DNA of 64,000 nucleotides, from the NCBI GenBank assembly GCA_965226375.1, contig CBDDCX010000008.1:1440001-1504000 (forward strand). The letters are read 5' to 3'. Below are positions 51,754-59,914 of the stretch, one piece after another. A model generated the notes under the pieces. The model was not told the origin of the DNA and ran no database searches. It was given only the letters and a program-made list of their open reading frames with translations. Every line of letters begins with the position of its first letter. The first letter of the stretch is position 1. The position numbers were made by a program, and so were the translations under genes. The DNA comes from Longimicrobiales bacterium (GTDB lineage: Bacteria; Gemmatimonadota; Gemmatimonadetes; Longimicrobiales; Gaopeijiaceae).

Positions 51754-53049
51754 GTGACGAGCACTGGACGCGCGTCGCCGAAGTGCCTCGGGGTGGTGAT
51801 CCCTACGCTCAACGAGGCCGAGTACCTCCCTTCCCTGCTGGCCGACCTTGCTCAGTTGACCACCGAGCACGAAGTCGTCGTATGCGACGGCGGATCGACG
51901 GACGCAACGCGGGAGCTGGCGCGCGCCGGCGGTGCCACAGTCGTTGTAGCGAGGAGAGGACGGGCGCATCAGATGAACGCCGGAGCCCGCGTCCTCGACA
52001 CCCCTTGGTTGCTGATGATGCACGCCGACTCGCGACTCCCCTCTGCGGCGAGAGAGTGCCTCGTCCGCCGCCTGGCGGACGCATCCGAGACAAGGCCCGG
52101 GTACTTCCGTTTTCGCCTCGACGGGGAGGACTGGTTCTGGCGATTCATCGAGCTGGGGCAGTATCTGAGAGAGCGTATCACGGGCCTGGCCTATGGCGAC
52201 CAGGGGCTGCTGGTACGCAGAGTCGACCTGGAGGCCGTCCAAGGTTATCCGGTGATCCCGCTCCTGGAGGACGTGGCCCTCGTGCGTACGCTGTGCGCCA
52301 GGGGACCCGTAGAGCGTCTGCCCGCCCCACTCCCGACCAGTCCCCGTCGCTTCCAGGAAGAAGGCCGCTGGCGTGCCTGGTTCAGGAACACGGGAGTGCT
52401 GGCGATGACCCTCCTGGGAGTGGCCCCCGGCAAGCTGGCGGGCTTCCATCCTACGCGAGGAACGACAGCTCCCGCCGGCCGGCTCGCCCTCGCCTTCACC
52501 AAGGCCCCGAGACCCGGCGAAGTCAAGACGCGCCTCGCGGTGGGAATCGGCGAGGAGGCCGCCGCCGACCTGTACGCCACGATGGCGTCGGACGCCATGG
52601 ACCGCCTCCGGTCGCCGGCGTACGACCTGTTCGTTTGCTACGACCCGCCCTCTGCGGCGAGTGAGGTTCAGGCCTGGCTAGGAGACGGCATCACCCTCAC
52701 ACCACAGGCATCAGGGAACCTTGGGCATCGCCTGTGGTCTGCCGTGCGTGATGGTCTGGAGATAGCGACTCAGGTGTGCGTGGTGGGCACGGACGTTCCC
52801 GACCTCGACGACGCGCTCGTGAAGGAAGCGTTCGACGAGCTGTCGGAGGCCGACGTGGTCATCGGCCCCGCCGCCGACGGAGGGTACTACCTCCTGGCAC
52901 TCCAGCGTCCCATTCCGGAACTGTTCGAGGACATCCCCTGGAGCACGCCCGAGGTGCTGGACCGCACCTTGGACGTAGCTCGCAAGTTGGGCCTGACCGT
53001 ACACACGCTCAGGACCTTGAGCGACGTGGACACGGTCGCCGACCTGTAG
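51754..53049 (+). CDS. Fused TIGR04283-type GT2 + TIGR04282-type (DUF2064) glycosyltransferase
   Basis: IPTLNEA, DGGSTD, GRAHQMNAG, YGDQGL, TSPRR; then KAPRPGEVKTRL, GTDVP, IGPAADGGYYLL, DVDT. Confidence 0.88.
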   Translation: MTSTGRASPKCLGVVIPTLNEAEYLPSLLADLAQLTTEHEVVVCDGGSTDATRELARAGGATVVVARRGRAHQMNAGARVLDTPWLLMMHADSRLPSAARECLVRRLADASETRPGYFRFRLDGEDWFWRFIELGQYLRERITGLAYGDQGLLVRRVDLEAVQGYPVIPLLEDVALVRTLCARGPVERLPAPLPTSPRRFQEEGRWRAWFRNTGVLAMTLLGVAPGKLAGFHPTRGTTAPAGRLALAFTKAPRPGEVKTRLAVGIGEEAAADLYATMASDAMDRLRSPAYDLFVCYDPPSAASEVQAWLGDGITLTPQASGNLGHRLWSAVRDGLEIATQVCVVGTDVPDLDDALVKEAFDELSEADVVIGPAADGGYYLLALQRPIPELFEDIPWSTPEVLDRTLDVARKLGLTVHTLRTLSDVDTVADL

Positions 53050-53064
53050 CGCCCGGTGTCTTAC

Positions 53065-53089
53065 GGAACCCCGCCACACCTGGGGTTCC
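53065..53089. terminator. Hairpin between convergent genes
   Basis: GGAACCCC-9 nt-GGGGTTCC; no long U-tract. Confidence 0.5.
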
Positions 53090-53092
53090 TCC

Positions 53093-54478
53093 CTAAGAGC
53101 CGACCCCATACGCTTTCCACACCCCGGGGCGTACGGGCACGTAGAGAACCTCCCATGGCTCCCGTACGTTTCGCATCACAAAAAGGGAAACGCCCATGTG
53201 CTCGGACACCTTCCGGATGGCGTCACAGCTGAGCCGCACCGGTGCCGGCGACGGGTCGAATTCACGTCCATCGAACGGAATCGACTCGCCTGATTCAAAC
53301 CAGGGGCGACCCTCCGCATATGTACCGGCGAAGTCGATGGCGGGCCTCAACTCCTCTAGAGGAACCCGCCTGGGACCCACCAGGGTCGCGCCCCCCTTCG
53401 TGGTGAACACCTCGACCGACGCACCCGTCGCCAGGCACAACGTGGTGGGCACACCTGTGGGGGGCGTTGGCCTCACCACGACCGTATCGGGTGGCGGGGC
53501 GGGTAGTACGACGACCTCTCCCACCGGCCGATCGCGCAGCGTGGCCTTACAGAGATGGGCACCGCAGAATGCCATCGACACCTTCAGGCCGAACTTCGAG
53601 CTCCGGTAAACCGAAGCGTCCGTGGAATAATTCACGCCCAGTACGTGCGCTCCGACGACGACGCCATCCAGGTCCAGCTCCCCTCCCAGATTCAGGTCGA
53701 ATCCGTTGTACTCACCCAGGACGGTGAAGATCTTGCTTCGCCCCACCTGGAGATGCCACGCGGCGCCGGCAAACCAACCTTCGCTGTCGGAGAACTCGTG
53801 CCATTCGAGTTCGTCGCCTTCCTTGAAGAGCCCGTTTCCCCATCCTGCGCTCAGCGTAAAGTCGTGCTTCGGGAGAAACCCCGCCCCGAGACCGGGAAGA
53901 TCCGCTCCGGCCACGGCGTAGAAGGAAAACTCGGTATCGATGCTCGACGTGCCGATCCGGTCCCGTACCCTTCGATCGGCCCTCCCCAAGCGAGTCGGGG
54001 CGTAGTCGACGCCGTCTCCGAAATCGGGGCTATTGAGGTATCGACCGCCCACCGCCAGGCCCAATCCGTGCACCTGGGGGTTGAGGAAGGTGAAACGTCC
54101 GAAGGCGCCCCAGAGAGTGCCACCGCCCTCCGTTCCCTCGAGCGAATGGACCGTCGCCCCCACCTCGAGCAGGTCGAAGAGGCCGAGGGCCAGCGCCAGA
54201 TCGCCGTTCCAGCCACCCTCGAACGGCTCGGTCCCGGTGATCTCACCGTCCCCGTCCGTGGCAAAATCGACGTCGTTGCTGGTCCAGAATCCGGAATACG
54301 TGCCGGTGAGTGCCATGTGCGGAAGGACGGATGCGACCGGAATGTCCAGCAAGCCCGAGCCGTGCCGTAACGTACCGGAGACCTTGGTAGACTGCGCTGA
54401 CGCCGCCAGGGGCAGTGTGAGCAAAATTGCGATCGTACGAATCATCGTTACACGAGTCCTCTCGAGCGTGGTCTTCAT
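53093..54478 (-). CDS. Predicted outer-membrane beta-barrel protein with Pro-rich linker and C-terminal domain
   Basis: GGGAGG RBS, signal peptide (..PLAASA-Q), alternating beta-strands, PAPPP..PTPP linker. Confidence 0.65.
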   Translation of the reverse strand: MKTTLERTRVTMIRTIAILLTLPLAASAQSTKVSGTLRHGSGLLDIPVASVLPHMALTGTYSGFWTSNDVDFATDGDGEITGTEPFEGGWNGDLALALGLFDLLEVGATVHSLEGTEGGGTLWGAFGRFTFLNPQVHGLGLAVGGRYLNSPDFGDGVDYAPTRLGRADRRVRDRIGTSSIDTEFSFYAVAGADLPGLGAGFLPKHDFTLSAGWGNGLFKEGDELEWHEFSDSEGWFAGAAWHLQVGRSKIFTVLGEYNGFDLNLGGELDLDGVVVGAHVLGVNYSTDASVYRSSKFGLKVSMAFCGAHLCKATLRDRPVGEVVVLPAPPPDTVVVRPTPPTGVPTTLCLATGASVEVFTTKGGATLVGPRRVPLEELRPAIDFAGTYAEGRPWFESGESIPFDGREFDPSPAPVRLSCDAIRKVSEHMGVSLFVMRNVREPWEVLYVPVRPGVWKAYGVGS

Positions 54479-54555
54479 GACGGCGGCCTCCCTTCGATCG
54501 TCCAGCCTCCCGCGTCGGTTGGGGGCATCCGAACGATCCCCCACCCTAATCACCT

Positions 54556-54571
54556 TGCCAGATGCGTGCCA
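54556..54571 (-). promoter_or_regulatory. Possible sigma54 promoter of the OM protein gene
   Basis: TGGCAC-GCATC-TGGCA with GG-N10-GC spacing, about 78 nt upstream of the ATG. Confidence 0.4.
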
Positions 54572-54672
54572 CAACACCCACGGACCTCGGTAACGGTTGC
54601 ACGGCCGAGTTCGCTGCGTACGTTCGATACCCCTTGATTTTGCCACCCTTCAGCGCGGCACGAGAACGATCG

Positions 54673-55659
54673 ATGAGCGAACCGGTCCCCAGCGACGAGC
54701 TTACCCTCACGCGCGAAGACTTCGAGCGCGCTCGCGCCGTCATCGCACCTTATGTGTACCACACACCCATGCTCACGTCCCGTTCCCTGAGTGAGGCTAC
54801 GGGATTCGATATCCGGCTCAAGGCGGAGCTATTCCAGAGGGGCGGGGCCTACAAGGTGCGGGGTCCCATGAACAAGATCTCCCACCTGTCCGACGAGGAG
54901 CGGGCCCGCGGGGTCATCTGCTCATCGGCGGGCAACCACTCACAAGGGGTCGCCATCGCTGCTCGACAGTACGGGGTTCAGGCCGTCGTGGTGATGGCCG
55001 AAAACGCTACGCCGTCCAAGATCGCTGCCACGGAGGGCTACGGCGCTGAGGTAATTCTACACGGACAGATCTGGGACGAGGCGAACGAGAAGGCCCTCGA
55101 GTTGGTCGCGGAGCGCGGACTCACCTACATCCATCCGTTCGACGATCCGGATCTCATCGCCGGCCAGGGCACCGTCGGTCTAGAGATCATGGACGACTTT
55201 CCCGAAGTCGAGGTCGTTGTCGTACCCATCGGAGGCGGCGGGCTGATCTCCGGGATCTCCATGGCGGTTAAGAGCATCAACCCCGCGGTTCGGGTCATCG
55301 GAGTCGAGTCCTCCGGCGCACCGGCCATGAAGCGCAGTGTCGAGGCCGGCCACCGCATCACGCTCGACGAAGTGGACTGCGTGATCGACGGGCTCCGCGT
55401 GAAACGAGTGGGGGAGCACACCCATTCGGTCGTCTCGCGTTTCGTGGACGAGATCGTGACGCTGCCCGACGAGCAGATCTTCGATGCGGTTCTGTGGGTG
55501 ATGGCGCGAGCGAAACTGGTGCCCGAGGGTGCGGCGGCGGCGCCAGTGGGGGCCCTGTTGCAGGGGCTGATCGATGCGCCGCCGAACACCAAGGTCGTGG
55601 CGGTATTGAGTGGCGGGAATCTCGACGTCGAGCAGCTGCGCGGACTGAGCTGGAATTGA
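54673..55659 (+). CDS. Threonine/serine dehydratase family PLP enzyme (catalytic domain only)
   Basis: KAELFQRGGAYKVRG, SAGNH, HPFDD, GQGT, PIGGGGL, LSGGN. Confidence 0.9.
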   Translation: MSEPVPSDELTLTREDFERARAVIAPYVYHTPMLTSRSLSEATGFDIRLKAELFQRGGAYKVRGPMNKISHLSDEERARGVICSSAGNHSQGVAIAARQYGVQAVVVMAENATPSKIAATEGYGAEVILHGQIWDEANEKALELVAERGLTYIHPFDDPDLIAGQGTVGLEIMDDFPEVEVVVVPIGGGGLISGISMAVKSINPAVRVIGVESSGAPAMKRSVEAGHRITLDEVDCVIDGLRVKRVGEHTHSVVSRFVDEIVTLPDEQIFDAVLWVMARAKLVPEGAAAAPVGALLQGLIDAPPNTKVVAVLSGGNLDVEQLRGLSWN

Positions 55660-57002
55660 ACACGGCGCAGCCGGCGGAGGGCCGTCCGCGGGAGCTCTTC
55701 GGAAGCCGGGCCGGGTTCGTGATGGCGGCTGTGGGCAGTGCGGTCGGGCCCGGCAACATGTGGCGATTCTCGTACCGGACCGCCGAGGGTGGCGGTGCGG
55801 CGTTCGTGCTGCTGTACCTCGGGATGACCCTCCTCATCGGCGTGCCGATGATGATGGCCGAGTGCGGGGTCGGACGTAGGGCACGACTCTCGTCGGTGGG
55901 TGCCTTGCGCACGATCGGAGGCCCGGCGTGGGTCCCGCTAGGGTACCTCTTCGTACTCACGTCGCTACTGATCGTGGCGTACGTGTCGGTCATCACGGGC
56001 TGGACGATTCGCTACGCTCTGGACGGAGTCGTCACGGGTTATTCGGCCACACCCGGGGCCCGGTATGCCGAAGTCTCGGTCGGATCGTCCGCGATCCTCT
56101 ATCACATCCTCATCATGGGCGTGACCACAGGCATCGTCCTGCTGGGAGTCAAGAAGGGGATCGCGAGGGCCAGCGTGGTCCTGATGCCCATCCTATTCCT
56201 GATTCTGATCTCTCTCGCAGTGTGGGCGGCCACTCTCGAGGGAGCTGGGCCGGGGTACGCGTTCTACCTCACACCCTCGGTGAGTTCGCTGATGGATCCG
56301 CTCGTCATCCAGGGGGCGGCGAGCCAGGCCTTTTTCTCACTGAGCGTCGGCATGGGCATCATGTTGACCTACGGCTCCTACCTGTCGGGCAGTGAGAATC
56401 TGGGCCGGGAAGCACTGATCGTGTCCATGGCCGATTTCGCCGTCGCGTTCATCGCGGGGCTGGTGGTGTTCCCGGTGATCTTCGCACTGGGGTTAACGGG
56501 TGACATGACGGAGAGCACGATCGGTACCCTCTTCATTTCGCTACCCGGCGCGTTCAGAGAGATGGGCGCCATAGGGAGGGTGGTAGGGGTATCGTTCTTC
56601 GTGGCGTTGGCCTTGGCGTCCATCACGTCGACGGTCTCACTGCTCGAGGTGGTAACCGCGGTAGGGATCGACGAGTTCAAGCTGACCCGACGGACCGCCG
56701 CGCTCCTGGCGGGAACGCTAGCAGCGGGAATCGGCGTATTCGCCGCCATATCTGGTGATGTATTCGGGGTGCTCGACAAGATCGCCGGAGAGTTTTTCGT
56801 GATCGTCGGCGTGCTGGGAATGTCGCTGTTCTTTGGATGGCGAGTTACGGATCCGGCCCGTTCTGTCACGGACGGCGCCTCTCCGTTGATCGCTCGCTCG
56901 CTCCCGGCGTTGGTGTTCGTGATCCGGTACCTGATCCCGCCGGTTCTGGCCTTCATGGCCTGGGTGGCCTTCCGCGACATGGTGGCCACCCTAGTTGGCT
57001 GA
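55656..57002 (+). CDS. Sodium-dependent transporter, NSS/SNF family
   Basis: GSAVG.GNMWRF, GGGAAF, QAFFSLSVG, TYGSY; TTG start overlaps the previous stop. Confidence 0.9.
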   Translation: MNTAQPAEGRPRELFGSRAGFVMAAVGSAVGPGNMWRFSYRTAEGGGAAFVLLYLGMTLLIGVPMMMAECGVGRRARLSSVGALRTIGGPAWVPLGYLFVLTSLLIVAYVSVITGWTIRYALDGVVTGYSATPGARYAEVSVGSSAILYHILIMGVTTGIVLLGVKKGIARASVVLMPILFLILISLAVWAATLEGAGPGYAFYLTPSVSSLMDPLVIQGAASQAFFSLSVGMGIMLTYGSYLSGSENLGREALIVSMADFAVAFIAGLVVFPVIFALGLTGDMTESTIGTLFISLPGAFREMGAIGRVVGVSFFVALALASITSTVSLLEVVTAVGIDEFKLTRRTAALLAGTLAAGIGVFAAISGDVFGVLDKIAGEFFVIVGVLGMSLFFGWRVTDPARSVTDGASPLIARSLPALVFVIRYLIPPVLAFMAWVAFRDMVATLVG

Positions 57003-57072
57003 GACTACTCGGCTCGAGAACGCCGGGAGAACCCTTGAAAACGCGGGGGGCCAACCGAGCCGGCCCGGAACG

Positions 57073-57318
57073 CTATTCCCTCCCCAACCGCTCCTCGATA
57101 CGCCCCAAGCGGCGAGCCATGCTGATGAGCCAACCTAGAACCAGCAACCAGGCCACGGCGTAGGCGGTGAAGACATGCCAATAGGGCCGGCCGAGAGTCT
57201 GCTGCCCGATGGTGCGGGCTGCCTCCTGCGCGGAAAGCGTCGTCGGGCTCGTATGGATGACCAGAAGCGCTAGCCCGATCACCAGAAAGAGCCGGGCATA
57301 TCGTGTGCGTTGCTTCAT
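57073..57318 (-). CDS. ccmD: CcmD-like heme exporter subunit
   Basis: Small ORF overlapping ccmC stop; AYAVAW hydrophobic helix followed by a charged tail. Confidence 0.65.
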   Translation of the reverse strand: MKQRTRYARLFLVIGLALLVIHTSPTTLSAQEAARTIGQQTLGRPYWHVFTAYAVAWLLVLGWLISMARRLGRIEERLGRE

Positions 57319-58028
57319 GAGACTTGCACTCCGTGGGCAGGTCCCGGGGTCGCCTCTCGCAGGGCCAACTCGCGCTCGAGAAACTCCACGGTGTAACGCG
57401 CCAGGAACAATGCGAAAAAAATGAAAGTGTAGGCCAGCAGTCCCACCATCAGCGTCCACAACATGGCAGCGTCCAGATTGGGCCCATCGGGCCGCATCAC
57501 CACCGCCTCCGGGTGAAGTGAGCGCAGCCAGCTCACGCTGATGTGGATGAGCGGGATGTCCAGTATGCCGATGATTCCGATCACGGCCGCAAGGCGCTTG
57601 CCCTGCTCGGGGTTGACCGTGCTCTTCCGCACGAGAAAATACCCCAGGTAGATGAACCACAGCAGGAGCGCCAGCGTGAGCCTCGGCTCCCACGTCCACC
57701 ACGCTCCCCAGGCGACCCTGGCCCACAAGGGACCGGTCAGGAGGCCGATGGTGCAGAAGACCATTCCGCCTTCGGCGGCGGCGACGGCGGCCATGTCCAG
57801 GCGCTCATCCCCCAACCACAGATAGACCGCGCTGCACAGAGCGACGATCCCGAACGCCGTAAAGGTGATCCACCAAGCGGGCACGTGAATGTAGAAAATC
57901 CGTTGGACGATGCCTTGAAAGGATTCGGTGGGTACCCAGAAGAACACCATCGCGTGCAAGATCACGATCGTTACAACGCCGAGCGTGCCGAGCCCGAGGA
58001 CCCCCCACCCGATTCGTTTGAGGTTCAT
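57315..58028 (-). CDS. ccmC: Heme exporter CcmC
   Basis: IFYIHVP, TGPLWARVAWGAWWTWEPRLT, RSLHP. Confidence 0.93.
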   Translation of the reverse strand: MNLKRIGWGVLGLGTLGVVTIVILHAMVFFWVPTESFQGIVQRIFYIHVPAWWITFTAFGIVALCSAVYLWLGDERLDMAAVAAAEGGMVFCTIGLLTGPLWARVAWGAWWTWEPRLTLALLLWFIYLGYFLVRKSTVNPEQGKRLAAVIGIIGILDIPLIHISVSWLRSLHPEAVVMRPDGPNLDAAMLWTLMVGLLAYTFIFFALFLARYTVEFLERELALREATPGPAHGVQVS

Positions 58029-58043
58029 TCGGTAAGACCCCTT

Positions 58044-58721
58044 CTATTCTTCGATCACGAAACGAAACAACCCTGCCCCCGCGATCAAGAACACGAGAGC
58101 GAACGCAGCCAACATCCGTATGCTTCCGTTTACTTCGACCACGGGCCGCCCCGCGAACAGGCGACCCGTGGCCGTGGTTCCAAAGATGACCACCGGCACC
58201 ACGAGAGGGAAAACCAGGACCGGAAGCAAGCTCTCTCCCATGGTGGTTCTGGTCGCCACGGCGCTGAGGAGGGTCGTGAGCGCCACGAAGCCCAGCACAC
58301 CCAAGCCGACCACTGCAGTCAGGGCCACCGGGTTCCCGGAGAACCGTAGATTGAAAAAGGCTCCGAACGCCACGAACACCAATCCGACGATGATCGTGAG
58401 CAAGATGAAATTCGCGAGGACCTTACCCAAAAACAGCGCGTCCAACGGGATGGGGCTCTGAAGAAGTCCGGAGAGCGCCCCGTCTTCCTGCTCCAACTGG
58501 AAGGTGCGCCCCATACCCAACATCCCGCCGAACAGTATGGTCATCCAGATCAACCCTGCCGCGATGGCCTGAGGCCGCACCTGAGCGGTGTCGATGGAAT
58601 AGTTGAAGAGAACACCCACGAGCACCGCGAAGGCGCCCATCGCCGCCAACCGCTCGTGGGTCCGCATCTCGATCATCAGATCCTTGCGTGCGATGGTCCA
58701 GATCAGGCGAAGATAGCGCAT
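58044..58721 (-). CDS. ccmB: Heme exporter permease CcmB
   Basis: KDLMIE, EQEDGAL, LLPVLVFPLVVP. Confidence 0.92.
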   Translation of the reverse strand: MRYLRLIWTIARKDLMIEMRTHERLAAMGAFAVLVGVLFNYSIDTAQVRPQAIAAGLIWMTILFGGMLGMGRTFQLEQEDGALSGLLQSPIPLDALFLGKVLANFILLTIIVGLVFVAFGAFFNLRFSGNPVALTAVVGLGVLGFVALTTLLSAVATRTTMGESLLPVLVFPLVVPVVIFGTTATGRLFAGRPVVEVNGSIRMLAAFALVFLIAGAGLFRFVIEE

Positions 58722-59434
58722 CAGTCGGCGGCCTCGACGGTCTCCCGGTAGAATCTCTCGAACCCCTCGGACTCCCAGTCTCGCCGGTCCAACAGCGACA
58801 GGAAACGTCCACGGCATTGAATGGCGATCCGATCCGCCATCTCCAAACCCTGTCCGAGGTTGTGCGTGACCAGAACGACGGTGCGACTCCCATCCTTCAG
58901 AGAGGCGAGCTGATCGCGAAGGATACCCGCCGCGTGGGCGTCGAGTCCCGTATACGGCTCGTCGAGCAGAACGACTTCCGGGTCGTGTAGAAGGGCCCGC
59001 GCCAAGGCTACTCTCTGCTTCAGGCCCCGGGAGAGGTCACGGACGGGAGTCGTCGCGCGGTCCGTCAGTCCGACCGCATCGAGTCTCTCGTGGATCCGGT
59101 CGTGAAGATTATCCAGACCAAAAAGGTGTCCGTAGAAACGCAAATTCTCTTCGACCGAGAGCTGTCCGTACAGCAAGCTCTGATGCGAGACCACACCCAC
59201 GCGGCTACGCCACTGTCGCTCGGCGATGTCCGCCGGCTCACCCGCCACTCGCACGTCCCCCGCCGTGGGCCTGAGCGTGCCCGCAAGCATGCGGAGAAGG
59301 GTCGTCTTGCCGGCTCCGTTAGGGCCGAACACCGTCAGGAGCTGGCCGGGAGCGAGCCGGAAGCTGACACCATCGACGGCTCGAAGACCCCCGAACGTAC
59401 GTACGAGTCCCTCGGCCTCCAGGCCGAAAAGCAA
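58721..59434 (-). CDS. ccmA: Heme ABC exporter ATPase CcmA
   Basis: GPNGAGKTT, LSRGLKQR, LLDEPYTGLD; start uncertain (TTG 59434). Confidence 0.9.
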   Translation of the reverse strand: MLFGLEAEGLVRTFGGLRAVDGVSFRLAPGQLLTVFGPNGAGKTTLLRMLAGTLRPTAGDVRVAGEPADIAERQWRSRVGVVSHQSLLYGQLSVEENLRFYGHLFGLDNLHDRIHERLDAVGLTDRATTPVRDLSRGLKQRVALARALLHDPEVVLLDEPYTGLDAHAAGILRDQLASLKDGSRTVVLVTHNLGQGLEMADRIAIQCRGRFLSLLDRRDWESEGFERFYRETVEAAD

Positions 59435-59438
59435 GACG

Positions 59439-59906
59439 CTAGCCGCCCGACGAAGTTTGAGGAACGGCGACCGTGAGGGGATGGCCACAACCGGCACAGA
59501 ATCGGCTCCCTTGCACGTTCACATGCCCGCACTCGGAGCATGTCCGCCCTTCGGCCAGCCCGCGTCGTGCTCGCTCGATCTCCTCCTCCAGAAGATTCTC
59601 CGCTAACCCAGCCGGATCGGACGGCTGACTCTCAACGGCCTGAGCCTTCGCTTCCTCCATGGCCTCCAGGGCCTCGCGAGACATCTCGGCCTTGAGTTCA
59701 CGGTAGTCGTCCTCGTCGAGCTTGCCGGACCGGTAGTCGTACTCGGCGTCACGGAGACCCTTCAGGGCCACGCGCTTTCGCGCATCGACTTCGGTGGGTT
59801 CCTGATCCGTGCGTTGAAAGGAAGCACTTTCACCGCGCAGGATCGGTATCAGGAGAAAGAGCACAACCCCGATGGTGAGCAGCGCCGCCCCAAGGACGAG
59901 CCCCAT
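59439..59906 (-). CDS. CcmI N-terminal-like membrane protein with C-terminal zinc ribbon
   Basis: TM segment, LRDAEYDYRSGKLDEDDY, CSECG..FCAGCG. Confidence 0.7.
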   Translation of the reverse strand: MGLVLGAALLTIGVVLFLLIPILRGESASFQRTDQEPTEVDARKRVALKGLRDAEYDYRSGKLDEDDYRELKAEMSREALEAMEEAKAQAVESQPSDPAGLAENLLEEEIERARRGLAEGRTCSECGHVNVQGSRFCAGCGHPLTVAVPQTSSGG

Positions 59907-59914
59907 GCCGGTCA

